The notes: generated by a model not told the origin, from the letters alone. 64,000 nucleotides of DNA from a virus (IMGVR_UViG_2974795854_000001:1-64000), one strand, 5' to 3'; numbered from the stretch's first letter, positions 1-10,596 are shown. Program-made: numbers and translations.

Positions 1-2235
1 TAATTTCTTAGTGGCTTGTTCTGTAAGTGGCTTAACTTCTACGTCCTCTAACTCTGTTGTACTCTCTTTAGATTCTTCAACTACTTCCTCTACAACTTCT
101 TCTACAACCTTCTCTACAACTTTTTCCTTCTTAGGTTTTGGCTTGTCTAAAATCTCTTGCTTCTTAGCTGCTAGAACTTCTACTTCGGCTTTTAAGTCCG
201 TAAGTAATTCTTGTCTAAGCTCAGGTAAGATGTTAGAATTTTCTATAGCCTTAACTCTAGCCGTAACTCCGTTTGCTTTTTTATCAAGCTCGATTAACTC
301 CGCTATATCTGTTTTACTTCTACCCTCGATATCATCGAAAGTATCTTTTATGTCTTTACTTATTTCTTTGTTTACTTGCTTAGCTTTAGTCTCTAAAGTT
401 TTTAATACTTCCTTTTGTCCTTCAACTTCCGAAGTGTTCTCCGAGGTCTCTAACTCTGCAATCTCATCTTTCTTGTTTTCAATCTCACCTAATATGTTAG
501 ATAATTTCTCTGTATTGGCTATAATACCTTTTCTTTTAGCTTTAGGCATGAATGCTTTAGCCCCGAACCCTACTGCTGTAGGCGAGACGCTCATTCCGAA
601 GCCCATAGCTGCGCCAGACGCAAGTGCGTCGATAGTATTGTCGAATACGTGAGTATTTGGATCGTCTAAGTACATGATATCCAAGGTGTTACCTGCGAAC
701 GCATTTACGAACTCTGCCGAACCTTCTTTACCTGCTGCTGCCGTTCCCCTCAATAAGGACGAACCTAAGTTAGCAATCTTACCAGATTTTCTAGCCGCTG
801 TGTAAGCTCTCTTACCTTTAGATAAAATACCTAAAGAAACTCTTTCAGTAAGTATTTCAAATGCTCCGAAACCTACCCCTGCGAAATACATCTCTTGGTC
901 TGATACTTTACTAGACCTATCCAACTTGGCAATTTTATCAGAGATGTCTTTGAACTCCTCGTCACTTAAAGTACCTGTTTCTACTAAGTCCGCTAGAGAA
1001 GAAATTTCCTCTTTAGCCGCTGTTCTTTCGTCCTCTAATTCACCAATCTTTTGACCACCGGATGCAGCACCTAAAACTCCAAGTCCTGCAGAACCACCAC
1101 TAATGGCAAGTGTAGCAAGTACTGGTAATTGACTAGCAACTTGTTCACCTAACCAAGAGGAGAAAGTATTTAAGTCATTTATTTCAGATACAGATAACTG
1201 AGGTCTAAGACTCTCTCTTTGGTTACCTACCTCTTGTCTGAATTTAGTAAGCGTTTCTTTAGCCTCATCTCTATACTCTTGTGGGTTTGAAGACCCCGAA
1301 GTAACTGGCTTGAATCCAATACTCTTATCTAATATCTCGTCTGTAGCCAATGCGAAAGTGGCTGCACCTTCTCCAAGTGCTGCGAATTGTAATCTTGTAA
1401 TATCTTTGTAGTAATCTAATCCACCGTAGTTCCTTTTCAATAGGTTTACCTCTTCATAGAAATCTCCAATGTCTTCCGTGCCCTCTTCGATAAGGTCTAC
1501 GTTCTTATTGTAACTTAGCTTGATGCCCTCTAACTCAGAATATGCCGCCTTATATTGGTCTATCAAAACTTGTTGTTGGCTTGGGTCAACTTCCTCAATC
1601 TTTTCAACACCAGATTTAAGGTACTTGATTTTATTTACCAACTCCTTACTTTTCTCCTCCATCATCTTATTTTCAAATAAAATGTTTAGGTTGCTATTTT
1701 CTAACTCAGCTATTTTTTCTCCTGAGTAAGAACGCAAGTCCGCTAGTTGATCCTCAGTTAAGTCTTGTAAGAAGTTGATTTTATTCTTCTCCTTCTTAGC
1801 CTTAATAAGGTCATCTTTAGTATCAAATTTAAACACGGGCGCCATGTCGGCCTTAAATAAAAATCCCTCTGTATAAGCAGTAGCTACTTCCCAATTACTT
1901 CTCTTACCATCTTTCTGGTCTTGTATAACTTGTTCTATCTGCTTAAGTTCAGGAGATTTTATTTTACCGGCCTCTTTATAGGCGTTATATAATTGAGCGA
2001 TTGGCTCATCTACTATATCGTCAGGAGCCTCGATTTGAGGAATCTCCGTACCATCATAACCTGAACCATCCGAGCTTAATAGAGCCTGACCATAGATAGA
2101 ACTCGATCCCGAAGGCTCTCCTTTTTCTTTTTTTTTTAATGGTATTCCAAACTCATCTAACTCTGGGTCTGTTGGCCCACTAGATGTTTGTGCTTTTTTA
2201 ACCGGTATTCCGAACTCGTCTAATTCCTCTTCCAT
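1..2235 (-). CDS. N-terminal part (>=745 aa, runs off left edge) of a large internal virion/cargo protein
   Basis: ATG at 2235 (MEEELDEFGIP...). The frame reads open wherever I translated it, down to base 1 (...KPLTEQATKKL). It is absent from the ORF track because there is no stop in the window. It lies after the tail stabilisation and small cargo genes, where crAss-like phages place large ejected proteins. Confidence 0.8.
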   Translation of the reverse strand, partial: MEEELDEFGIPVKKAQTSSGPTDPELDEFGIPLKKKEKGEPSGSSSIYGQALLSSDGSGYDGTEIPQIEAPDDIVDEPIAQLYNAYKEAGKIKSPELKQIEQVIQDQKDGKRSNWEVATAYTEGFLFKADMAPVFKFDTKDDLIKAKKEKNKINFLQDLTEDQLADLRSYSGEKIAELENSNLNILFENKMMEEKSKELVNKIKYLKSGVEKIEEVDPSQQQVLIDQYKAAYSELEGIKLSYNKNVDLIEEGTEDIGDFYEEVNLLKRNYGGLDYYKDITRLQFAALGEGAATFALATDEILDKSIGFKPVTSGSSNPQEYRDEAKETLTKFRQEVGNQRESLRPQLSVSEINDLNTFSSWLGEQVASQLPVLATLAISGGSAGLGVLGAASGGQKIGELEDERTAAKEEISSLADLVETGTLSDEEFKDISDKIAKLDRSSKVSDQEMYFAGVGFGAFEILTERVSLGILSKGKRAYTAARKSGKIANLGSSLLRGTAAAGKEGSAEFVNAFAGNTLDIMYLDDPNTHVFDNTIDALASGAAMGFGMSVSPTAVGFGAKAFMPKAKRKGIIANTEKLSNILGEIENKKDEIAELETSENTSEVEGQKEVLKTLETKAKQVNKEISKDIKDTFDDIEGRSKTDIAELIELDKKANGVTARVKAIENSNILPELRQELLTDLKAEVEVLAAKKQEILDKPKPKKEKVVEKVVEEVVEEVVEESKESTTELEDVEVKPLTEQATKKL

Positions 2236-2249
2236 TACTATATATTAAA

Positions 2250-3899
2250 TTATTTTACGTCTACTCCTTTTCCTTTGAGTAATTTTATATACTCTTTTAC
2301 TGTATAACCTGAGCCTTTAACTCTCTCCTTAATCTCTGACATTGAGATGGTATTTCTAGCAGGCTTGGCTGCCTTACTTTCATCTTTGCCTTTTGAAGTA
2401 TTTCTACCTTCTTTGTAAGCTTTTTCCTTGTTCTCTAAGTACTCTTTAAGCTCACCTGCATCTTTAAGCTTTCTACCTTTATCCTCTGAGTAAATTTGTC
2501 TGGCTATCTCGTTGGCATCTTTAGGGTTTATACCCCCACCTACTTCTTTAGTTACAACCTCTTCGGATAACTTACCTTCTCTTACGTCAAAGGCGCTTAT
2601 ACTTTTGCCGGATGTCTTACCAACGTACTTAGCTCCTTCATAAACAATTTTACCTGCATCTGTAAGGTGTAATACTTTTACGTCTGTTTCGTCTCCTTTA
2701 GTACCTAATACAACTGAGGTTTTCTTACCTTTCTCATCTAGTTTAGGCATAGTAAATGATGTAGAAGCTCCTCCTAAATCTCCGCTAACTCCTGTTATAC
2801 CGTCTTTAATTATATCTCCATCTTCTGTAGTCCTAACTTCAACACCGCCAGATCCTCCTGTGCTACCATTTGCAGCTCTATCTTTATCTGCTGTATCGGC
2901 AGTTCTCATACTATTTGCTGCGCTAGTTCTAGCAGAAACATTTACCTCTCTCTCGTCCTTAACGTCGTAGAAAGTTTTAATAGTGCTAAGATAAGTGTCT
3001 TCTATCTCTTGCATGTCTGCTTCTGTTAACTCAGTCTTGTCTTTACCTAAAGTATCTGACCAAATTGACTTAGCTATAGGCGTAGGATTTTTAGCCGTAC
3101 CTATGTAACCTTTAACAAGTCCTCTGGCATCTCCTTCTATATCCTCCCAAGCTTGTTTAGAATAATGTGAGAAACTGCCATCTGGCTTTTTCTCTTCTCT
3201 CTTACCTAAATCTTTACCAATCTTTTGGGCCTCCTCAGAAATTTTGTATTCAGAGATTTGCTCTTCTAAACCTCTACCATCTAAAATCTCAGATAAGTTT
3301 ATTTCTTCTATTATCTTTTCGCCGTCTTCATCAAGTACTGGCTCACCCTCAGAATCTACTTTGTAAGTAAGTGCTATTGCATTACCTCTAGAATCTACTT
3401 TTATGTCTAAATTAGTTTGTCTGAATACGCTATCTAATTGGTTAAGAGTTCCTTCCATCCAAGATGATAAAGTACCGTCTTGAACACCTGCTGCTACTGA
3501 GGCACCGTACTCGGTATACATCTTAGAAGCCTCTGCTAAGTTCTTAGAAAACCTTTTCAAGTTCTGAACTTTCAGTTGAACGTCTACGTTGTTTGCCATA
3601 GTAGGGTTAGACTGCATATCTTTGTATAGACTCCCCATCTCATCCCTTGCCGAGTTAATACCTCTGGCAAAAGCTTGGTCAATAGATTTAGTATTAGTTA
3701 TTACGTCGGTTAATGTAGCGTAATCAGTTTTAAATGAATCCGTTAATTCTCCCCTTCTCTTCTGTCTAGCTGCTCTAGCCTCTGCATCTGCTGTAGTCTG
3801 AGCTGCTTTATTTGCGTTACCTGCTTCTGCTAACTCCCCAAAGTCTTCCTTTATAGGAGTAAGCTCTTTGTAAGCTGCGTATGTTCCTTTACCTGCCAT
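2250..3899 (-). CDS. putative internal virion (ejection/cargo) protein, 549 aa
   Basis: Long ORF in the tail-to-cargo operon, predicted largely helical; function from synteny only. Confidence 0.55.
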   Translation of the reverse strand: MAGKGTYAAYKELTPIKEDFGELAEAGNANKAAQTTADAEARAARQKRRGELTDSFKTDYATLTDVITNTKSIDQAFARGINSARDEMGSLYKDMQSNPTMANNVDVQLKVQNLKRFSKNLAEASKMYTEYGASVAAGVQDGTLSSWMEGTLNQLDSVFRQTNLDIKVDSRGNAIALTYKVDSEGEPVLDEDGEKIIEEINLSEILDGRGLEEQISEYKISEEAQKIGKDLGKREEKKPDGSFSHYSKQAWEDIEGDARGLVKGYIGTAKNPTPIAKSIWSDTLGKDKTELTEADMQEIEDTYLSTIKTFYDVKDEREVNVSARTSAANSMRTADTADKDRAANGSTGGSGGVEVRTTEDGDIIKDGITGVSGDLGGASTSFTMPKLDEKGKKTSVVLGTKGDETDVKVLHLTDAGKIVYEGAKYVGKTSGKSISAFDVREGKLSEEVVTKEVGGGINPKDANEIARQIYSEDKGRKLKDAGELKEYLENKEKAYKEGRNTSKGKDESKAAKPARNTISMSEIKERVKGSGYTVKEYIKLLKGKGVDVK

Positions 3900-4501
3900 T
3901 ATTTAAAAGGGTTTTGGTTATTGTCTAAAAATGTTTTTGTGGATGCAAACGGATTACTGAAAGAAGAACCTCCTCCTACCGCTGCTGTTGCGCCTTTAGC
4001 GCCTCCGCCCATTCCTCCCATAGAGCCTACTGCTTGAATAGCGTCTCCGAATCCTGAGGCTGCGTCTTGACGACCAACTTCTAAGGCATTTCCTAAACCT
4101 GCTAAATCTTGCTGTTCTCTAGTCTCTGTCATGTTTCTAATAACTGAATTATCTGAGGCTCTCAATTGGTCTATGTTCTTTTGTTGCGAATCTAAATCTG
4201 CTCCGATTGCTCTAGAAGAGGCTACGTTGTTAGCTTGTACCGCTCCAACACCTCCTATAATTCCTCTTACTCCTCCCGAAGCTAATGCTCCTACGCTAGT
4301 TGCCGTAGCTCTGGCAAGTTCTTCTCTTTGAAGATCTGCACCTAAAGTACTGACTTCCATATCTTTATATGAATTTTCTAACGTTTGTCTCTCGTAATTA
4401 TCTATAGCTTTCTGAGCTTTCTTCGCTCTCTTAGCTCCGTTTATACCTTTAACTATACCGCCTACGGCTGAAAGGCCTGCTGCTGCTGCTCCTACTCCCA
4501 T
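3899..4501 (-). CDS. small Gly/Ala-rich internal virion (pilot/ejection-type) protein
   Basis: N-terminal GVGAAAAGLSAVGGIVKG and Gly/Ala-rich segments typical of podovirus ejection proteins; 1-nt overlap with the next gene. Confidence 0.6.
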   Translation of the reverse strand: MGVGAAAAGLSAVGGIVKGINGAKRAKKAQKAIDNYERQTLENSYKDMEVSTLGADLQREELARATATSVGALASGGVRGIIGGVGAVQANNVASSRAIGADLDSQQKNIDQLRASDNSVIRNMTETREQQDLAGLGNALEVGRQDAASGFGDAIQAVGSMGGMGGGAKGATAAVGGGSSFSNPFASTKTFLDNNQNPFK

Positions 4502-4524
4502 GTTTTATGTGTTTTTATTTAATG

Positions 4525-4532
4525 TAAAAGTA
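4525..4532 (-). promoter_or_regulatory. Bacteroidetes-type -7 promoter element variant (TACTTTTA)
   Basis: TAnnTTT(G/A) followed by CA, about 24 nt upstream of the 4501 start. Confidence 0.4.
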
Positions 4533-4549
4533 CGGAAAAAACAAATGTA

Positions 4550-4948
4550 CTAAAAGAGTACTTTGTAATATTGGTCTACTTTAGTGTCCGCTACTTGGAA
4601 TCCACTATCAACTAATCCCTCTACAACCCTCTCTGTATCAGAGGTAGTCCAGATTATTTTAAAGCCCATTTCTTTAAGCTGTCTAGATACTTCGGAGAAC
4701 AAAAATCCGAGAGCTCCTTTTCTATGTATGTAAGGTATATCAGGGTTACTAACAGGAAACCCCAGAACGCAGAATGTAGATGGCGTCCTCCATATGAAAG
4801 TGCTATAAAGAGGGGTATCGCCACGATAAGACACGAAGGCGATATCCAACTCTTCAACATTTCTTGCAGGGAAATTATGGCCCTTGCACCATTTTTTGTA
4901 TACTTCGTAAAAGTCTTTCGCATCGTGTTGTATTACTTTAAATTCCAT
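4550..4948 (-). CDS. GNAT-fold (acetyltransferase-like) protein
   Basis: Pattern RKGALGFLFSEV...GFKIIWTTS...LVDSGF resembles GNAT motifs A/B; such genes commonly follow podovirus tail genes. Confidence 0.5.
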   Translation of the reverse strand: MEFKVIQHDAKDFYEVYKKWCKGHNFPARNVEELDIAFVSYRGDTPLYSTFIWRTPSTFCVLGFPVSNPDIPYIHRKGALGFLFSEVSRQLKEMGFKIIWTTSDTERVVEGLVDSGFQVADTKVDQYYKVLF

Positions 4949-4969
4949 ACTACAAGATACAAAAAATAT

Positions 4970-7900
4970 TTAAGACGGCCAACTTTTGAAAACTACACCA
5001 TTAAGTGCAAATAACTCAGTTCTAGTATTAGTAGAATCTATCAAATCTATCTCAAAATTGTAACCTCTTATTTCACTACCCTCTACTCTTCCGTCCTTTT
5101 TACCGAACAAAAATGTTGAGGTCGGTACTGATACCGAAGACGTAAGTGTAACTGTATTGGCCAAAGTGCTGTAAGTTTGAATCTCTCCTAAACGAACCCC
5201 AGAGGAGTTGTAAAGGTCGTCTCCTACTCTAAGCGCTGTACCTGCTATACTTCCTTTTATAGTTATAGTCGAACCTGAGGATGATTGAACTTCTCCAATT
5301 CCGTAAACATCCTTGGCGGTGTAATCTCCCTCTAATTCGTTTCTTCTAAGGTACGCATAGAACTTCCCTTCTTTATTCAAAAATTCTTCTACAGACAAGC
5401 TAGTTTGTGTGATAGATACATTCTCGTCATTCAGGTAAGATTTAATAACTGAACTCCAAGGTTTATTCCCCTCAATGTTTATAGCCTTTAGTACTTTTAT
5501 ATCCGAAGGAGCCTCGTTCATTATCAACTTAATAGTAGACTCGTACTGAGTACCGTAGAAGTTATTTCTAATAGGGTTACTCTCGTCATAGTGCCTATGT
5601 AGCTGCCCTCCTTTGAAACTGTAAAATTTATTATTCAAAGAACCCATCCATTCAGGACTAAAAGAATAGAATGAAGGGTAGCCCGTCACTAAATTACTGT
5701 AGGCTGTTGTAAACACACCTTTCTCGTGTATTACATACTCCTTGTCTCTAAGGTCAAACGACCCGAACCTCTTGTTGTCCGGCCTAAGTCTAAAACTATC
5801 ACTTAAGAAATCTTCCATACCAGAAGTTATTTCCGTGATTCCTTCTAGGCCTCTTCTAAGTAAAACACCTCTCCTAGCATCCGTAAAGAATCTAGAGTTT
5901 CCGTATGACGCATGGCTCTCAGGATTTTTTGAAATACCGTATTCTCCCGACCATGGTACAGGAGTGCCACCCAAGACATTAGTACTTTCCTTAATATTAC
6001 CCTCTCCATCGGCATCTAATAAGACATCTTTAGAGTAAAGTACATTATGTATCTTATCCTCTTGGTATACCTCTAAGTTTGTTTCCGCAGAGAATAACTT
6101 TTGAATACTTCCATATCTGTCATCCATTTGCATGAAGTTGGCTGTAGACAAGTTAAATTCGTTTATTCCATTGTAATTGGTAGACTTTTCAAATGGCTTA
6201 CTGTATGTAAGGTCTGCAATCCTATTATTTTGTCTATAGTCTTGTATAACCCCAGAAGGCCTGCTATCTATTTTCATAGACTTTTCATTGAATAAATCCT
6301 TTATCTTATAGCTCTCGAATGCGTTACCCCAAGCGAATGCGTTGTATACTGGTAGAGTCAACTCGGCCGGTGCGTTTGATGTTTGGTTAACATCCCCTGC
6401 GTGAGTACTTCTATGTAGTCCGTTAGAAATTTCATAAGTCCTACCTACCTCAAAGAACAATTGAGAATCATCGTTAACTGGTATAGTCTCGAAGATTATA
6501 TTGTTGTTAAGCTCTAATATAGTCAAAGACGGCTCTGAGAATTTGTTAACTCTAACTCTTTCCCCACCGCTAAATCCTTTCTTAGACATAAAGCACATAT
6601 TCATCCTAGACCCCGTGGCAGATATAGAAACTATTTGAGACCCCTCAGAATTACCTGACTCTTCTTCACCTCTTCTAAAGATAACTCTATCCGCTTGGTC
6701 AGAAGTTGGGTATTGTAAAGTGTCTATAATATTATCACCGTAGAACCATTCTTCTAAGTTTGCGTAGTCTCTAGTGGCGTTGAACGATTGAGTGTATTTA
6801 ATACTGTTATCGTCGTCAGCTCCGTCACTAGCTGTATCGTCATATACTATTGTGATATTGGCCCCACCTTTAATAGTCTCACCTCCAACGGCTGTTTTTT
6901 GCTTACCTGCGTAATGCATAATAGCAGACCTCTTGGTTGTACCTGCCGATCCAGAGGCTTCACTACGTCTAACGTTTATAGTAACTTGCCCTGACTTTGC
7001 AGATAAAATCCAGTTATCATCTAAAGAGTGACCTGAAACATTATCAAATTTTACAGTTATTCCTTTCTCCATAACCTGATTACCGCCAGTTATGGCAATG
7101 TCAGCGCTATAAGTAAGTCCTCCGTCACTACTCCATCTAAATGAATCTGTAGCTCCTACTGCGTTTATATCTACTATGTATCTTATATCCGTGTCTCCTG
7201 TGTATGTTCCGGCAGAGGATAAATCATCTATACCAGTAGTACCGTAATAAACTGGCTCCTCTACATAGTAAAGCTCGTCGTTATTGAAGTTGTTTGAACT
7301 ATTTGTAGACCTAAAACCGTATGTAACATTCTCATAGATTTGGAAGTCTTCTTCCCTGATTCTAAAGTCTACTGGCTTAATTTTAAAGTAAGTACCTCTA
7401 ATTTGGTTTACCGTAGTTATAGAATCGTCCTCAGGATCTTCTAAGAAATTTTCTTCTTGGTTAACTAGCTCTAATACTCTAGTTTGAACCGCCTTATCTA
7501 AAACTTGCGTAGAGTCTGACTTAACATAGATAAAATCACCAACATCAAATTTATTTTGTTCGTCGGCTTCAATTTTAATCCACACGTATACGCCATCTTG
7601 GTAAAAGATAGATGGTACAATTGTTTCATAGTCAGTTCTAGTTTGCTTTAAGAAGAATCTGTATTTAGTTGCCCAACTAGGCGCCTCATTCTCAATAGTA
7701 ACTCTTAGCTTATTTTGGTCTACACAATTACCGTTACTAACGTGAGTTGTGTTTGTAGGGCTAGTAAGAACGGTCGTCATCCTTCCGTAATCATCTAAGT
7801 AAACTATACCAACTTCGTAACCTCTATTACTTTTTAAAGTAGCTCTAGGTTGTCCGCTAGGTACTGAGGTAGATAACACCTCTACTGAAAAATCTATCTT

Positions 7901-8944
7901 GATTCTGTTACCGGATGCATCCTCTATGTTGTATCCCTCTACGTAGTTACCTAATACAATTCTATTACCGATAAGCTCTAAGGCCTTGGCTGAAAGTGGT
8001 ACTGCGTCGTAAAGTCTACTAAGTTGGTCTGACGGTAGAACCGTAGATATCTTATTATTTGAAAATGTAAATGTCTTTGTTTCTCCGTTCCCCCAGTTTT
8101 CTTCTTCTTTATTAAAGCTTTGTACCAATGATACATTGCTGCTACTAGACTCCTTCATAAGTATATCGATACCTACAACTTCACCTACTCCTGTATTGAA
8201 GGAGATGTCTACTGTATTGTATTGATTCTCCATAGACTCGTTAGAAGATATAGAGTAATCGTAGTTAAAGTTTTTTGGTGAGAATGCAGTCTCAGTAAAT
8301 GGAGAGAATGCGCTGACCTCACCATCGGCATACTTGTACCTGTAAGAAAACCTAAGGAATCTATTAAGTAAGTTATTTTCTTGCTCTGTGTCCGTTGTAC
8401 CTAATACCATAGTCGGTGAATACAATGGAGGAGCTTTTGCTAAAGATATTTGAGAGTCGTTGAAACCATTCGCAGAATATCCTTTTGCTGTGTTTATATT
8501 TATAGACCTTATAGGATTAATCCCGTCAGTCCAAACAAGTATTCTTTTATTACTGTCTGTATCCACGATAACCCCAACACCAGTAATAAGGTAGTCAGGG
8601 TTAAAGTTTAATACGTTTGCTGTAGTGTCTGTCAAGATTATAGTAGACGAATCTAAAATAGTGTCGTACTCTATTACATAGTCTCCTGTATTTGAATTAA
8701 CAAACCAGTAAACCATATCTGCCGAGCTATCAAAAAAGGCCCCCAAAGTATTAACTGTACTCCCAAGAGGAAGTGTTGTTAATTGCTCTGTAGATAGGCA
8801 GTTCTCTATTGCCCCTATATCTGAACCTTGTGAAGTGCTTAGCTTTATATTCAAGGCATCTCTATACTCTCCGTCAGGCATAAGTCTAGAGTCAGCACCC
8901 TTGTTCATTTTTCCAGATGTAAATAAGTTTTTAATTTCTATCAT
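4970..8944 (-). CDS. tail stabilisation / muzzle protein (P22 gp10-like, crAss-type), 1324 aa
   Basis: N-terminus KNLFTSGKMNKGADSRLMPDGEYRDALNI, RFSYRYKY, C-terminal YSFSPEWM...YSFKGG..H and KVLKAINIEG; follows two ring proteins. Confidence 0.85.
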   Translation of the reverse strand: MIEIKNLFTSGKMNKGADSRLMPDGEYRDALNIKLSTSQGSDIGAIENCLSTEQLTTLPLGSTVNTLGAFFDSSADMVYWFVNSNTGDYVIEYDTILDSSTIILTDTTANVLNFNPDYLITGVGVIVDTDSNKRILVWTDGINPIRSININTAKGYSANGFNDSQISLAKAPPLYSPTMVLGTTDTEQENNLLNRFLRFSYRYKYADGEVSAFSPFTETAFSPKNFNYDYSISSNESMENQYNTVDISFNTGVGEVVGIDILMKESSSSNVSLVQSFNKEEENWGNGETKTFTFSNNKISTVLPSDQLSRLYDAVPLSAKALELIGNRIVLGNYVEGYNIEDASGNRIKIDFSVEVLSTSVPSGQPRATLKSNRGYEVGIVYLDDYGRMTTVLTSPTNTTHVSNGNCVDQNKLRVTIENEAPSWATKYRFFLKQTRTDYETIVPSIFYQDGVYVWIKIEADEQNKFDVGDFIYVKSDSTQVLDKAVQTRVLELVNQEENFLEDPEDDSITTVNQIRGTYFKIKPVDFRIREEDFQIYENVTYGFRSTNSSNNFNNDELYYVEEPVYYGTTGIDDLSSAGTYTGDTDIRYIVDINAVGATDSFRWSSDGGLTYSADIAITGGNQVMEKGITVKFDNVSGHSLDDNWILSAKSGQVTINVRRSEASGSAGTTKRSAIMHYAGKQKTAVGGETIKGGANITIVYDDTASDGADDDNSIKYTQSFNATRDYANLEEWFYGDNIIDTLQYPTSDQADRVIFRRGEEESGNSEGSQIVSISATGSRMNMCFMSKKGFSGGERVRVNKFSEPSLTILELNNNIIFETIPVNDDSQLFFEVGRTYEISNGLHRSTHAGDVNQTSNAPAELTLPVYNAFAWGNAFESYKIKDLFNEKSMKIDSRPSGVIQDYRQNNRIADLTYSKPFEKSTNYNGINEFNLSTANFMQMDDRYGSIQKLFSAETNLEVYQEDKIHNVLYSKDVLLDADGEGNIKESTNVLGGTPVPWSGEYGISKNPESHASYGNSRFFTDARRGVLLRRGLEGITEITSGMEDFLSDSFRLRPDNKRFGSFDLRDKEYVIHEKGVFTTAYSNLVTGYPSFYSFSPEWMGSLNNKFYSFKGGQLHRHYDESNPIRNNFYGTQYESTIKLIMNEAPSDIKVLKAINIEGNKPWSSVIKSYLNDENVSITQTSLSVEEFLNKEGKFYAYLRRNELEGDYTAKDVYGIGEVQSSSGSTITIKGSIAGTALRVGDDLYNSSGVRLGEIQTYSTLANTVTLTSSVSVPTSTFLFGKKDGRVEGSEIRGYNFEIDLIDSTNTRTELFALNGVVFKSWPS

Positions 8945-8949
8945 TGTTT

Positions 8950-9801
8950 TTAATCTTTAATCCATCTTGACCCACCTTTAAGAACTTGCTTAATGTTGTC
9001 GTAATTAACAGGGTTTATTCTTCTTTTGGCTATCCTTCTAAGATTCCACCACTCTTTTTCGGCTCTATATTTCTCATTGGCCGGTACGCTCCTATTTCTC
9101 TTTACTAAATTGTAGTAAATAAATGAATCTAAGGCGTCCTCAGCGAACTTATGTATTTTTATATCACTATCATCCCTTTGGAACAGTCCGTCGCTTATGT
9201 AGTCTAAAACTACTGTTCTCCCGTCTACTGCCGATGAAAATTGTATCTCTCCTTTAGTCTTGTCTATTCTATAGCTACCATTCTTATACATCTTAGACCT
9301 ATCTAAGTTGAAAGTTGGAGAGCTTCCGCTAGGTGCCTGCGAGTCTATTCTCTTACTGTTCTCCGGTAAGTTTTGTATGTGGCTACCTTTTAAGATATCT
9401 CCGTTTACGTCGTATAAAAATTCGTAGTCGTTTGCTTGTAAGAACGCTTGAGATAAGTTATTACTCTTGTCTACTGCAAGAGGGTGCAATTTACCTGTGT
9501 CGTCTACCCATGAAATTCTAGTGAATGCTATGTAGTCATGTGGAAGGGGTATTGTTAATGTCGGACTTAAATCTAGTTCTATAGATATAACCTCGTTAAC
9601 TACGTCGAAGTATAATTCCCTAACTCCTTTCTTTCCGAATAGTGCTACTCTGTTTCTATCTGAGTTTATAGTGTAATCATCGTCGGACATCCCGAACATG
9701 TAGTTACTTATTATCTCTTCTAATGTCGTGTATTGATACTCACCGAACTGGCTAGAGTCGCTGTAGTATTCATCTAAATTTGTAAAGTTATGTAATGCCA
9801 T
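8950..9801 (-). CDS. tail ring / adaptor protein
   Basis: LTIPLPHDYIAFTRISW and VVLDYISDG, typical of crAss-like ring proteins; between capsid and stabilisation genes. Confidence 0.7.
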   Translation of the reverse strand: MALHNFTNLDEYYSDSSQFGEYQYTTLEEIISNYMFGMSDDDYTINSDRNRVALFGKKGVRELYFDVVNEVISIELDLSPTLTIPLPHDYIAFTRISWVDDTGKLHPLAVDKSNNLSQAFLQANDYEFLYDVNGDILKGSHIQNLPENSKRIDSQAPSGSSPTFNLDRSKMYKNGSYRIDKTKGEIQFSSAVDGRTVVLDYISDGLFQRDDSDIKIHKFAEDALDSFIYYNLVKRNRSVPANEKYRAEKEWWNLRRIAKRRINPVNYDNIKQVLKGGSRWIKD

Positions 9802-9812
9802 TGTACTCTATT

Positions 9813-10511
9813 TTATTGTTCGTCTCTTATTTCTGTTTTCTCTTTAAGTTTCTCAGCGTATTGAGTAACTTCTACTTCTCTTATGTGAATACCTAAGTAA
9901 GATAGCATTCTAACTACTATGTTAGAAAACTCTGACTCGTGTAGCTCAAAATCTTGGAAGTCGTCCGCAGAAGGGTTGAAGAACTCTCTGTCAAAGGCTG
10001 TTGAGTAAGTCCATTTAGGGTCTTTCGGAATCCTTACATACCTGCAAGTAACTCCTGATACTATTGTGGTTGGTGATACTGATATTTTATTCCCGTATCT
10101 CTCGTATGTTGGGAATGTTTCGCTAGGCTTCATTAGAGACGTATTAGCGAAAGAAAATCTTTGGCCCTCCATCTCAGAAATTACTTTACCATTGTAGTCT
10201 AGTCCATTGTCTTTTATTTGGTATAAGTTGTCCGGTAAAAGAAAGTCTGAACCAGTTGATACAACTAAGGTAGCTTTATCTGAGAATTGGTCTATCTTCT
10301 GTCTTTGGTTGAATGCCAAGTTAGAGTATCCGCTACTGGTGGCTCCTCTGTTCTGTTTAATCTTATCTCTATTCTCATCCTCAAAATAGGCTCTGAATAT
10401 TTCTGATTGTACTTGCTTGGCTATTAAGTTAAGTTCGTCAGGAGAAGGTACGTTCCCTCTGACCTCTTTATTTACGATCGTCTTTAAAAGGTCGAATGCT
10501 TTGTTTATCAT
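9813..10511 (-). CDS. tail tubular / ring protein
   Basis: LKTIVNKEVRG..SPDELNL, FLLPDNLY, YVRIPKDPKW, FELHESE..NIVVRML; synteny. Confidence 0.75.
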   Translation of the reverse strand: MINKAFDLLKTIVNKEVRGNVPSPDELNLIAKQVQSEIFRAYFEDENRDKIKQNRGATSSGYSNLAFNQRQKIDQFSDKATLVVSTGSDFLLPDNLYQIKDNGLDYNGKVISEMEGQRFSFANTSLMKPSETFPTYERYGNKISVSPTTIVSGVTCRYVRIPKDPKWTYSTAFDREFFNPSADDFQDFELHESEFSNIVVRMLSYLGIHIREVEVTQYAEKLKEKTEIRDEQ

Positions 10512-10532
10512 CTTATCTATTTTTATGTATTA

Positions 10533-10540
10533 CAAATATA
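10533..10540 (-). promoter_or_regulatory. Bacteroidetes -7 promoter element TATATTTG
   Basis: Consensus TAnnTTTG about 22 nt upstream of the 10511 start. Confidence 0.55.
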
Positions 10541-10596
10541 CGGAAAAAAGAAAAGCCCCAAAGGGGGCTCGTCTTAAAATAGTAAGTGATTGTTTT

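Noticed and set aside
11-652. 213-aa plus-strand ORF and the other antisense ORFs in the track (e.g. 13498-14061, 17322-17774, 34395-34760, 40967-41242)
   Set aside because: Shadow frames of real genes on the opposite strand, Ser/Leu/Phe-rich with no motifs
2121-2138. Long A run (minus strand) as a programmed frameshift or assembly error
   Set aside because: The frame stays open through it (PLKKKEK), so no shift is needed
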